Origin: Bacillota bacterium
Lineage (GTDB): Bacteria; Bacillota; Desulfotomaculia; Desulfotomaculales; Ammonificaceae
Reading direction: 5' to 3'
Assembly: GCA_020063185.1 (NCBI GenBank)
Contig: JAGUUY010000039.1
Coordinates: 1 to 60,283, forward strand
DNA: 60,283 nt
The notes below the pieces were generated by a model. The model saw only the letters and a list, made by a program, of their open reading frames with translations. It was not told the DNA's origin and did no database searches. The position numbers and the translations under genes were made by a program. This document shows positions 17,430-27,098 of the stretch, in pieces; the stretch's first letter is position 1; the number at the start of each line of letters is the position of its first letter.

Positions 17430-17909
17430 ATGATAACCCTCGGGCTCGCACTCGCTATCGTTCTTTTTTTGGCCGGCCTTGTCGGTACGGTTCTGCCTGT
17501 GCTGCCCGGCGCGCCGCTTGTCCTTGCCGGCATGGTAGTCTACGGTCTTTTCACGGGCTTCGAACACCTGCCGCTTTACTTTTTTATCGGGCAGGGTTTG
17601 TTGGCGGCCTTCACCTTTGTTGTCGACTACCTGGCAAACGCCTGGGGCGTCACCCGCTTCGGCGGTTCAAAAGCCGCTATCTGGGGCGGCGTTTTGGGAC
17701 TGCTGTTCGGCGCGTTTGTATTCCCCCCTCTGGGTCTGCTAGTCGGACCCTTCGCCGGCGCGTTCCTTGCTGAACTGGCAGCTTCGCGCCGGTCCTTCCA
17801 CGCCTTTCGTGTCGGTGCCGGCTCCCTGGTCGGTTTCCTGGGGGGCACCGCCGTGAAGCTGGGTATTGAAATGGTAATGATTATATGGTTTTTTACGGCT
17901 GTTTTTTAA
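17430..17909 (+). CDS. DUF456 family membrane protein
   Basis: MITLGLALAIVLFLAGLVGTVLPVLPGAPLV is typical of DUF456. ATG 17430 is preceded by GGAGAAAAAC. The 3' end overlaps the convergent activase gene by 17 nt. Confidence 0.7.
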   Translation: MITLGLALAIVLFLAGLVGTVLPVLPGAPLVLAGMVVYGLFTGFEHLPLYFFIGQGLLAAFTFVVDYLANAWGVTRFGGSKAAIWGGVLGLLFGAFVFPPLGLLVGPFAGAFLAELAASRRSFHAFRVGAGSLVGFLGGTAVKLGIEMVMIIWFFTAVF

Positions 17910-18684
17910 GATTTAAGGCCAGATCCCGCGCGATTAACGCCGCCCCCAGCGCACCCGTGATTTGCGGTTCCGGCGGGACGCAAACCTTAACGCCCAGCTT
18001 CGCTGAAATCCCCGCCACCACGCTTTTTACCTTGGCCACGCCGCCTGTCATCGCCACATCTTCGATCAGGCCCACCCGGTTTACCAGCGCCGCAATACGG
18101 TCCACCACCGCCCGGCAAAGGCCAAGGGCGATGCCCTCGCGGGGTGCGGCCCTGCTGATCAGCGCCACCACCTCCGACTCGGCGAAAACGGTGCAAACAC
18201 TGCTTATGGACGCCGCCTCCCGGGCCGCCGCGGCCAGATCGCTAAAACCCTGAAGGTCGGTCTCGAGCGCCCGGGCCATCACCTCCAAAAAACGCCCCGT
18301 ACCCGCGGCGCACTTGTCGTTCATCGCGAAGTCCTCTACCGTTCCCCTCGCGTCAACACGGATGACCTTTGAATCCTGCCCGCCGATGTCTATCACCGTG
18401 CGGGTCGCGGGAAAGGTAAAAACCGCCCCCCGCCCGTGACAGGTTATCTCAGTAACACACCGGTCGGCGAAAGGCACGCTCACCCGCCCGTATCCCGTTG
18501 CCACAACGAAGCTCACCGCCTCCCGGCCCACGCCCGTTTGCGCAAGAGCCGCCGAGAAAACGTTGTCCGCTGCGTGCCGGCTCTGCGCTCCCGTAGGCCG
18601 GATGCAATAGCCGAGAACGCGGTTGTCTTCAAGCAAAACGGCCTCCGCCGACAAGGAGCCCACGTCGATACCCGCAACGATCAA
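17893..18684 (-). CDS. BadF/BadG/BcrA/BcrD-type ATPase (2-hydroxyacyl-CoA dehydratase activase-like)
   Basis: N-terminal GIDVGS ATPase motif and the cluster-helix motif CAAGTGRFLEVMA. Its 263 aa matches the activator size. Confidence 0.85.
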   Translation of the reverse strand: MIVAGIDVGSLSAEAVLLEDNRVLGYCIRPTGAQSRHAADNVFSAALAQTGVGREAVSFVVATGYGRVSVPFADRCVTEITCHGRGAVFTFPATRTVIDIGGQDSKVIRVDARGTVEDFAMNDKCAAGTGRFLEVMARALETDLQGFSDLAAAAREAASISSVCTVFAESEVVALISRAAPREGIALGLCRAVVDRIAALVNRVGLIEDVAMTGGVAKVKSVVAGISAKLGVKVCVPPEPQITGALGAALIARDLALNLKKQP

Positions 18685-18718
18685 AGACCGACCCCCATTA
18701 ACTGTACTACAGCGTCCT

Positions 18719-19507
18719 TCACTTCCCCGGCCCCCAGCTGTCTTGCGGCCTTTGCTCCCGCAGCGCCTCCAGGAAGCGGCGCCTGAACTCCGGGTATTTC
18801 GCTGTGATGCACGCCACGACTTCCTTCATTGCAGCCCGTTCGGTCTTGCCCGCATAAGGGCAAAGGGCCGGCATTACCGGAATTCCCTCCCGCGCCACGA
18901 GCGCGCCGAGTGTTTGCTCCGTCAGGTACACCAGCGGTCTGATCAGGTAAAGCTCCATCCGGTCCAGGTAAACCACCGGCTTAAAGGTCCTCATCCTCCC
19001 GGTGTGGACCAGGTTCAGCATAAAGGTCTCGACCACATCGTCCAGGTGGTGTCCGAGGGCGACTCTTTCACAGCCGATTTCTTTGGCCCGCGTATTAAGG
19101 ACTCCGGCACGGAGCTTGGTGCACAGCGAACAGGCGTTTTCTTCTCCCCTGGAAACGATTATCTGGGCAATCGGGTGCCGAATCAGGTGCAGTGGTATTT
19201 TCTTGTCCGCGCAGAAACTTTCCAGGGGCTCCAGGTCTAATACCCGCCAGCCCGGATCGACCATAATCGCTTCCATATTAAATGACAGGTGTGAGAAGTC
19301 CCGCAGGCAGGCCAGAATGTACAGGAGCGCCATGCTGTCTTTGCCCCCGGAAACTCCGACCGCTACCCTTCCACCCCGCGGGATCATCGCATAGTCCCGG
19401 ATCGCCCGTTTAACGTTGGTAAGGAACCATTGCCGCCAGTTTTTTTTCACTGCCGCTTCCCCATGGATGCCTCGTGAGACTTCCGGCCCGTATGAAAAAC
19501 AAACCAA
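18719..19507 (-). CDS. PP-loop ATPase, tRNA 2-thiocytidine (TtcA)-like
   Basis: PP-loop VGVSGGKDS and CxxC (CSLCTKLR) are present. Confidence 0.75.
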   Translation of the reverse strand: MVCFSYGPEVSRGIHGEAAVKKNWRQWFLTNVKRAIRDYAMIPRGGRVAVGVSGGKDSMALLYILACLRDFSHLSFNMEAIMVDPGWRVLDLEPLESFCADKKIPLHLIRHPIAQIIVSRGEENACSLCTKLRAGVLNTRAKEIGCERVALGHHLDDVVETFMLNLVHTGRMRTFKPVVYLDRMELYLIRPLVYLTEQTLGALVAREGIPVMPALCPYAGKTERAAMKEVVACITAKYPEFRRRFLEALREQRPQDSWGPGK

Positions 19508-19692
19508 CTCTATTATGCTTAACTTGTCCCGTACAAATCAAGTATTGTTGTCCGACGTTTTCACCTACGGCAAAAAGAGGATGCCGGTAAATGTCACCGA
19601 ATATTTATTCTTGTGGCCAAAGTAACAAGCAGCCTTCGTATTAACTCGAAAGCAAACGGGCAGCATAGTCTAAGGCGTGGAGGTGTTCAATC

Positions 19693-19959
19693 GTGGCGAA
19701 AACCAAGCGGGTTGTGACACGAAATGAACTGGTATCTTTTTTGGAAGGCGCTTTGACGGACATCAGGGAAGGGAAACTCGCCGTTGAAGGAACGACGGTA
19801 AACCTGCCCGAACAGGCAGTCCTCGAGGTAGAAACGGAAGAAAAAGCCGGGACCATGAAAAAAATTGAATTGGAAATTGAATGGAGTTTCGCCGGCGTCC
19901 CCGAGGCGCCGAAAGCCCGGGAGGAAGAAGCAGGACAAGAGGACGGTACCGCCGGTTAA
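19693..19959 (+). CDS. small acidic conserved hypothetical (possibly amphi-Trp domain protein)
   Basis: 88-aa ORF with GTG start after GGAGGTG. The pattern ...ELEIEW near the C-terminus recalls the amphi-Trp family. This is a weak assignment. Confidence 0.4.
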   Translation: MAKTKRVVTRNELVSFLEGALTDIREGKLAVEGTTVNLPEQAVLEVETEEKAGTMKKIELEIEWSFAGVPEAPKAREEEAGQEDGTAG

Positions 19960-20003
19960 ACCTTGGTGTTGAACAAGACATTTCCCCTTTCAGGGAGGGT
20001 TAA

Positions 20004-21029
<1,026 letters not shown>

Positions 21030-21056
21030 ACCGAAGAATGACCGCTGTTGTTAATG

Positions 21057-21085
21057 AAAACCCCCCGGCGTCCCCGGAGGGTTTT
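21057..21085. terminator. bidirectional intrinsic terminator between gap (+) and the cytochrome gene (-)
   Basis: AAAACCCCCCGG-CGTC-CCCGGAGGGTTTT is a GC-rich stem flanked by an A-run and a T-run. Confidence 0.6.
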
Positions 21086-21120
21086 ATCATTTCCTTGATT
21101 CCGCCCGGAATGTTCGAAGA

Positions 21121-22227
21121 TTAATGGCAGTCGCTGCAGATAGGCTTCGCGAATTCAATGTCCCCCTCGGCGTTATCGTTTATATGGCCGTGACAGTGGA
21201 CGCTTGAACAATCACCATGGAGGGCGGAAAAGCCGGCGTTGTCCTTCCACTTTGACCCCTTGGCCCAGTTTTCAAAATACCCTGGCCTCATCTCGTTGGA
21301 CCAATCTAATACGCCGGAAGGCAGGTACCCGCCCTCAATACCGTGGCAAAAAGTGCAATCAACTTTCTCCCCGGGATGCGTGTAGTAAGGGGGGTTGGTC
21401 CATGGGTAGCGCAATTTTCCGGATCCCTGATGACAAGGGGAACACGCAGCATTGCCGCACTGTTTTTGAATTGTGTACTCGTGTCCATATGTTCCGGTAA
21501 CCAATGCTGCCGGGGTGTGTGTTTTCTCGGGGTCGGTGAGATTGCTAAGGCTGAACATCTCGTTACCACCTGCTCCCCCTAACTGACCATGCCAACCGTG
21601 ATAACCCCAGTATCCTCCTGTTGGGGCACACCAGGGATAAATTGACCTGGCCAGGTTCGACTCTAAATGGCACCGGTCGCAGCCCCAGCGCCCCACATGG
21701 AACCTTTGCGTCTTAACAACCTGATCGGCGACCAGCGCTTTAATAGTCATTTCGCGCGGCTGCCAGCCGGTAAAAGAGGTACCACCGAGGGAAGCTTCAG
21801 TAAGCTCAAATGAACCATGAAACACCCCCGGATCTTCGTAAGTCGCCGATCCCACCGTAAAGGGCCGCCCGCCGGCGTACACAACCTGGTAGACCACATC
21901 CTCCACCTCCGCCGGGTCACCGTTTAGCTTGTTTAGGTACACGGTAAAGTTTACCGTACGGGGGTAACCTTCTTCGGGCCATAAAAGCGCCGGCGCCGGT
22001 ACGGGTCCACCAGGTATAACTTCTTTGGCGGCGCTGTACACCCAGTAGTACGGATCCATCAAATAATACTTTCTGTCGGTCTGGATGGTAACCACCAGGG
22101 GGGTGGAAATAGTGCTCTCAGCCGGCTGCGGGGATTGTTGCTCTTTAAAAAGCATGAACACGGCCGTGATAACAATCATAGTCAAACCGGCCAAAGTCAA
22201 CCCTCTTATCAGGTGACGCCTTTCCAC
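21121..22227 (-). CDS. membrane-anchored multiheme c-type cytochrome (4 CXXCH + 1 CX4CH-like)
   Basis: Heme motifs are CDRCH, CSPCH, CTFCH, CSDCH (C-terminal) and CSSVHCH. There is one N-terminal TM helix (LTLAGLTMIVITAVFMLF) and a non-heme domain of about 150 aa. GTG start at 22227 lies 8 nt after GGGAGG. The ORF-track extension to 22470 translates a heptamer repeat and is rejected. Confidence 0.8.
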   Translation of the reverse strand: MERRHLIRGLTLAGLTMIVITAVFMLFKEQQSPQPAESTISTPLVVTIQTDRKYYLMDPYYWVYSAAKEVIPGGPVPAPALLWPEEGYPRTVNFTVYLNKLNGDPAEVEDVVYQVVYAGGRPFTVGSATYEDPGVFHGSFELTEASLGGTSFTGWQPREMTIKALVADQVVKTQRFHVGRWGCDRCHLESNLARSIYPWCAPTGGYWGYHGWHGQLGGAGGNEMFSLSNLTDPEKTHTPAALVTGTYGHEYTIQKQCGNAACSPCHQGSGKLRYPWTNPPYYTHPGEKVDCTFCHGIEGGYLPSGVLDWSNEMRPGYFENWAKGSKWKDNAGFSALHGDCSSVHCHGHINDNAEGDIEFAKPICSDCH

Positions 22228-22293
22228 TCCGGTAACCTCCCTGTCCCGGACAAGCCGGAACCAAAATAGTTCACCACAGAGGCAGATTATCAA

Positions 22294-22398
22294 GTTCGAA
22301 GTCCTGAGTCCTGAGTCCGGAAACAAGGACTGGGCGCTTTCGACTTCGTTTCCTCCCGTTCCCGGACTGAGGACTGGGGACTTTCGACTGAGGACTTT
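22294..22398. repeat. heptamer-repeat hairpin (family member E4)
   Basis: The left arm is (GTCCTGA)2 GTCCGGA at 22301-22321. The right arm is GGACTGA GGACTGG GGACTTT CGACTGA GGACTTT at 22364-22398. Segments 22299-22320 and 22362-22383 are complementary at 19 of 22 positions. The 9-mer GTTCGAAGT (22294-22302) is shared with 36221-36229. Confidence 0.8.
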
Positions 22399-22475
22399 AT
22401 TTTTTATGTCTCTGTGGTTAATTTTTCTTGCTATCGTAGATTTTCGCGTCAAAGATACTTCAAGCTTCAATGTTA

Positions 22476-23717
22476 TTAAATATGACAGAACTCACAGGCG
22501 GCGCCGCCGTCCCCGTCGTGTCCCTTCAAACCGTTGACATCGGGGTGACAGTCACCGCAGTCGACACGGGGGTCGCCCCAGGAGTTGTACAGCCCCGCGC
22601 CGTGACAGTTGTAACAGATGCCCCGGCTGTCCATGCGCAGCAGCGCCGAGGTGTCGCCGGTCCCGCCCATGTCGCTGTCCCGCGGCCAGTTCCCCGCCCA
22701 TCCGTCCATTACCGCCGTGGCGCCGTGCGCCCGATGACATGTCAGGCACGCCACCTTGTCGGGTAAGCCGGCCCAACCCGAAGTCCACAGTTCCAACGGC
22801 GTGCCGGTGTCGACACTAACGTCGCCCAGACCGGCGCCCGAAGGAGGCTGCGCGTGGACGTCCACGGGGTGGCGCCACATTTCAAGGAACCGGGGCGCGT
22901 GCCCTTCCGCGGCGATCCTGTCGCCCGCGGTACCAGTGTCAAACTTGTCGTGGCAGGCGCCGCACCAGTCCGAACTGCCGAAAATGTAATCAGTCACGCG
23001 GTATACACCCGAACCTACTCCCAGGTAAGTGAACGTTCCGACCGTCTCCGCAGTGAAAATCATTTCATCCACTGTTTTACCGAGAATCGCAGTGCGGAGC
23101 AAGCGCGGGTTCCCGGAAACAGCGTTGCTGACGACGTACGGACCGCTCGATCCCGGAGGAGTCCACGAGACGCTTCCCGGCGTCTTGCCGCCGGCGTGGG
23201 GGTCGTGGCAGGAACCGCATACCAGGCCGTTCCCCGTCAAGGTATCGGTTCCGCCCGGGATGACAAGCTGTGTGGCCCCCGGGCCGCTCCAGGCGCCGGC
23301 CTGGTTACGGGAATCCGGGAGATAACCGCCCACCGTATGCCGTGAAGTTACCGTCCGGTAGTCGGAGGTCCCCGGACCGTCCCATAACCGCTCGAAGCCG
23401 CCCCCCGTTGAAGTGCAGGCTTCGCCCCCGGCGACAGTCTTGCCGTCCCGGATGTCGTAGGGGGCGCTAATACCGCCGTCGGCATGGCACAAATAGCAGA
23501 ACTCGGTCTGGGTGGGTCCTGACTTTAAGAGCTTGGGGAAAGGCGCGGCGTGGGCGATATGGCAACCGGCGCAGGCGTCCGTCGTGGCGTTAAACTGCCC
23601 GTGTGTCCAGGCGAATGCCGGCGCCGCAAAGCAAAGCGTGTATATTATCGCCATTATACACGCGTTTAATATCACCACTTTCTCCTGGTTTCTCTTACCG
23701 CACTTTGCCTGTCGCAT
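22476..23717 (-). CDS. secreted octaheme c-type cytochrome
   Basis: Eight CXXCH motifs are present: CAGCH, CYLCH, CGSCH, CGACH, CLTCH, CYNCH, CGDCH, CEFCH. The signal peptide ends AFA-W. Confidence 0.85.
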   Translation of the reverse strand: MRQAKCGKRNQEKVVILNACIMAIIYTLCFAAPAFAWTHGQFNATTDACAGCHIAHAAPFPKLLKSGPTQTEFCYLCHADGGISAPYDIRDGKTVAGGEACTSTGGGFERLWDGPGTSDYRTVTSRHTVGGYLPDSRNQAGAWSGPGATQLVIPGGTDTLTGNGLVCGSCHDPHAGGKTPGSVSWTPPGSSGPYVVSNAVSGNPRLLRTAILGKTVDEMIFTAETVGTFTYLGVGSGVYRVTDYIFGSSDWCGACHDKFDTGTAGDRIAAEGHAPRFLEMWRHPVDVHAQPPSGAGLGDVSVDTGTPLELWTSGWAGLPDKVACLTCHRAHGATAVMDGWAGNWPRDSDMGGTGDTSALLRMDSRGICYNCHGAGLYNSWGDPRVDCGDCHPDVNGLKGHDGDGGAACEFCHI

Positions 23718-23970
23718 AAAGCCGTTTCACTCCCGTAAAAACCACTATGATTTCAAATTTTGTCTAATTGTATTGCGACCTCGTATCTATTCTACTTAAT
23801 CCGCAAGAATCCTTTCCAAATTAATCTAAAATTAACGCTGAATTAATAGTTCAGAATTATCTGACTATTAACCGCTGCATTAACTTTAAAAACGGGTCTT
23901 AGCCGTTATATCGGTCTTTTTTTCACTCATCCGTAAAATAATACACAATAAGAGTTAAAATTAGGGCATA

Positions 23971-23992
23971 AAAAAGCCTGCCGTAGCAGGAC
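23971..23992 (-). terminator. weak intrinsic terminator after the suf genes
   Basis: Minus strand reads CCTGC-TACG-GCAGG followed by CTTTTTTAT. The stem is short. Confidence 0.4.
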
Positions 23993-24019
23993 TTTTCTCA
24001 ATCAACAAAGGGGTCTTTA

Positions 24020-25162
24020 TTACATACCGAGTTGGCAGGCGGCAATAGCCCGGTCGATTTCTTGCTGCAGCATGTCGGGCAGGCCTTCGATGTTCACGTT
24101 AAGAAAACCGCGTACGATGGTTGAGGTGGCCTCTTCCTCACTCAACCCGCGGGCCATAAGATATTCGATTTCCTCCTGGGCGACTTTCCCCACCGCCGCC
24201 TCGTGTGAAAGTTCCACGTTCGCCACAAGCGCCTCCAATTCCGGTATGGCGTATATGCGTCCCCGCTCTGAAAGCATCAGCCCCCGGCACTCGAGATGCC
24301 CCCGTGCGCCGGGTACCTCGCCCGCAATGTGGCCGCGGTTGATAATATCGCCCCCGGTGGTGATCGTCCGGGCAATGAGTTCGGCCTTGGTGCCCGGGGC
24401 GCTTAACTGCACACGCGAACCCACATCCATCTCGGTCCCCGGCGGCGCCACCAGAATGGTGTTGTAGCGGCCCACCGCCCCTTCGCCGGCAAGGCGGGTC
24501 GTCGGGTACATCAACAGGCTTTTCACGCCGCTCAAGCAGAAGAAGTTTGACGAAAAAACGGCCCCCGCTTCGACAAGGGTGGCCCCGCGCGGCCGGACCA
24601 CAACCTCCTCACCCCAGTTATGAATCATAGTGAAGCTGAGCTTCGCGCCCTTTTTCACGTACGCTTCCGTAATGCCGATGTGCAAGCCCCGCTTGACGAA
24701 GGCCCCCGTAGCACACCCGGTAATGATATCGAGGGAAGCCCCTTCTTCAATAATAACCAGGTTGTGGACCTCCTGGGCAAGGCCCTCGTGCCCGATGTAA
24801 AGACTGGCCTGAACGGGATAACGCGCGTTAATACCGGGTAATACTCGGATGAAATAGCCGCTCAAGGGCTGCCCCAAACCTTCCTCTTCAAAAGGAATCA
24901 GACCGCCGAAGTAGTCCCCCGCCCACGCGTATTTTTCCAGAGCTTCTCCGATCTTGAGGACTTCAACGCCCTCCTGTACGCTGCGACAGTGGACCACCGA
25001 ATTGTCGAGTTGCATGAAAGTTCCCGCCCTACTGTGGCCTCTTACGTCCACACCGGTATGTAAAAGACGTTCCTTCTCGACGGGGGGAAGCGTGGTAAGG
25101 TCCTCAATGTAAGCGTGCTTTTTACCCTCCTGCAAAAACCCCTCTTTGATGCTCTTGACCAA
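24020..25162 (-). CDS. sufB: Fe-S cluster assembly scaffold SufB/SufD family protein
   Basis: 380 aa with beta-helix-type SufBD repeats, 24 nt downstream of sufC. TTG start. Confidence 0.8.
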   Translation of the reverse strand: MVKSIKEGFLQEGKKHAYIEDLTTLPPVEKERLLHTGVDVRGHSRAGTFMQLDNSVVHCRSVQEGVEVLKIGEALEKYAWAGDYFGGLIPFEEEGLGQPLSGYFIRVLPGINARYPVQASLYIGHEGLAQEVHNLVIIEEGASLDIITGCATGAFVKRGLHIGITEAYVKKGAKLSFTMIHNWGEEVVVRPRGATLVEAGAVFSSNFFCLSGVKSLLMYPTTRLAGEGAVGRYNTILVAPPGTEMDVGSRVQLSAPGTKAELIARTITTGGDIINRGHIAGEVPGARGHLECRGLMLSERGRIYAIPELEALVANVELSHEAAVGKVAQEEIEYLMARGLSEEEATSTIVRGFLNVNIEGLPDMLQQEIDRAIAACQLGM

Positions 25163-25186
25163 GTTTAAATTACCTCCTGCCCTAGC

Positions 25187-25942
25187 TTAAAGCACACAGT
25201 GTACGCACTCGCGGTAACCGACCCGTTTGATGCACCCGAAAAGCTCCCGCGGGTTCCCGCTGCACGACAGCCTGCCCTTGTAAAGGACGTGACCTACGTC
25301 CGCCTCGACGTAGTTTAAAATATAACCTGTATGGGTAATGACCAGACCGCATTTGGTGCGGCCGCGGCGAATTTCTTTCAGCGGCCTGCCGTTCCAGCGC
25401 ACGACCTCTTTTTCCAACAGATGATTTATCGCCTGGCCGATAAGGGCCATGTTTTCCAGGTCCACGCCGGACTCGGGCTCGTCCAACAAAACGAGGTCTG
25501 GGTTCTGGGCCAGGAGTTGGACCAGTTCCGAGCGTTTTAATTCCCCCCCGGAAAAACCGTGGTTTACCTCGCGGTCGAGAAAAGCGGTCAGGTCCAGGCC
25601 CGCCGCCAGTTCCTCCGGGGTGAGCCCGTCCCTGGCAGCGATTTCGATGATATTCCTCAGAAGCACGCCGCGGATCGTGGGCGGGCGCTGGAAAGCAATC
25701 CCCATCCCCCGCACGGCCCGCTCGTTCACCGGCAGCGCCGTAATATCCTCATCCTTGAACAAAATCCGCCCCTGGATGATGCGGAAACGGGGAAAACCCA
25801 TGATCGTTCCCAAAAGGGTCGATTTCCCCGAACCGTTGGGCCCGAAAAGGACGTGCGTCTCCCCCGGTCCGATCTCCATGTTAATGTCCTCAAGTACCGT
25901 CCGGTCGCCGATCGCGACGCTCAGGTTCTCCAATCTCAGCAT
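25187..25942 (-). CDS. sufC: Fe-S cluster assembly ATPase SufC
   Basis: Walker A GPNGSGKST, ABC signature FSGGELKR and Walker B LVLLDEPESG. ATG 25942 is preceded by GGAGGGGATAAC. The ORF-track start at 26017 is rejected. Confidence 0.9.
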   Translation of the reverse strand: MLRLENLSVAIGDRTVLEDINMEIGPGETHVLFGPNGSGKSTLLGTIMGFPRFRIIQGRILFKDEDITALPVNERAVRGMGIAFQRPPTIRGVLLRNIIEIAARDGLTPEELAAGLDLTAFLDREVNHGFSGGELKRSELVQLLAQNPDLVLLDEPESGVDLENMALIGQAINHLLEKEVVRWNGRPLKEIRRGRTKCGLVITHTGYILNYVEADVGHVLYKGRLSCSGNPRELFGCIKRVGYRECVHCVL

Positions 25943-26859
25943 GTTATCCCCTCCACACCAAAGGTGGCGACGTAACTCCCCTCCGGCACACCCAGCGCCG
26001 AGGCCACCGGTGCGCATTTCGCCCTTAAAAGATGAAAAACTCTGCGGTCTCCGGCCTCCGAAAACGTCTCAAAGTAACCCATCCCCTTGGCAAGAATGAT
26101 ATCCGCCTTTTCGTAAAGATGCTTGAACTCCGGTGATGCGGCTTTGAGATCCAGTCCCGGTGAATCGGTTCCCGTGCCCTCCACCCGGCCGAAGGCTTCT
26201 TTTAGACCGTATTCCGCCAGGTCTTCAAGCGTCAAGTCGTTCTGGACGGGCTGCTCCTTCACTATATATACCGCTTCGCGCCCGCCCTCCAAAAGCATTC
26301 GGTAAAGAGGCAAATCAAAGTGACACTCCCCGGCGTTATCGGCCAGGAGCAACACGCACCGCGCCTCCTGTAAACGGTTCAGGAAAACAGGGATCTGGTT
26401 AAGGACAAAGTTCACCGGGCGCGCCATTTCTTCCGCCACTGTGTCAAGGTCTTTGAAAAAATCCACCGTATTGCCCAGCGCGGCAAGACGGAAGAGCGCT
26501 TCCGGACCGTCCTCTAAACGGCTTGTTATAGTACCGATTACCCGGGCCGAAAGTTCCTGCTCGCGCCGCTTCACATCCTTAAACGGGTCCGCGTTGCCGC
26601 TCGCTTGCCTGACCGCCTTTTGGGCAAGAGCGGCGATCTCGGTCGGGATTCTGTTGGTGGAGAACTGGGCCCTGAGCACGGCCCGCCCCGCCGCGAGCGC
26701 TTTTCCCCGGATGCCGGGATCATCGGAAGCCAATGCCGACGTGGTCGTAATCAGTCTGTCAAGGCAGCCGTAACACTCCGCTACCGCCCGCATTCGTTCC
26801 ACCACCACGTCCCTATTATATCTTGTTTTGACGTAATAGGGTAGTTTAAGCTCGCGCAA
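25936..26859 (-). CDS. DUF89 / ARMT1-like damage-control phosphatase family protein
   Basis: Motifs ADNAGECHFDL and AKGMGYFETF match the DUF89 DNAGE...D and KGxGNxE signatures. It overlaps the sufC start by 7 nt. Confidence 0.7.
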   Translation of the reverse strand: MRELKLPYYVKTRYNRDVVVERMRAVAECYGCLDRLITTTSALASDDPGIRGKALAAGRAVLRAQFSTNRIPTEIAALAQKAVRQASGNADPFKDVKRREQELSARVIGTITSRLEDGPEALFRLAALGNTVDFFKDLDTVAEEMARPVNFVLNQIPVFLNRLQEARCVLLLADNAGECHFDLPLYRMLLEGGREAVYIVKEQPVQNDLTLEDLAEYGLKEAFGRVEGTGTDSPGLDLKAASPEFKHLYEKADIILAKGMGYFETFSEAGDRRVFHLLRAKCAPVASALGVPEGSYVATFGVEGITC

Positions 26860-26920
26860 GTAACATAAGGGCGTTTAAACAATTATCGGCAGTGAAGTCC
26901 AGGCCAAATCAAACCAGTTC

Positions 26921-27098
26921 GTAACTATTCAGCCGTAACCCTAATACTTAAGGAACGTGGCGAGAAGTCACGTAGTGCAAGGAAGACCGGCAAGGCGAAC
27001 CGGAGCGTACTGAGTACGTACGTGAGGATTCGGCTTTGCCGGGCTGACGTAGCAATGCGTTGCTTATCGCCGCGCCCCCGGAGTACCTGAATAGTTAC
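26921..27098. repeat. compound palindromic intergenic element (family member E7)
   Basis: A perfect 12-nt inverted repeat, GTAACTATTCAG (26921-26932) and CTGAATAGTTAC (27087-27098), encloses 154 nt. Inside is a second imperfect hairpin: CCGGCAAGGCGAA at 26987-26999 versus TTCGGCTTTGCCGG at 27029-27042. The right arm overlaps the mutS2 stop codon. Confidence 0.7.

Noticed and set aside
22294-22398. CRISPR array or coding tandem repeat as an explanation of the heptamer arrays (also 29515-29622 and 36226-36341)
   Set aside because: The units are 7 nt with no spacers and lie in opposed orientation forming hairpins. This is far below CRISPR repeat size, and no cas genes are present.
22228-22470. 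81-codon N-terminal extension of the cytochrome ORF given by the ORF track
   Set aside because: It translates the heptamer-repeat hairpin. A GTG with a GGGAGG SD at 22227 immediately precedes the TM anchor.
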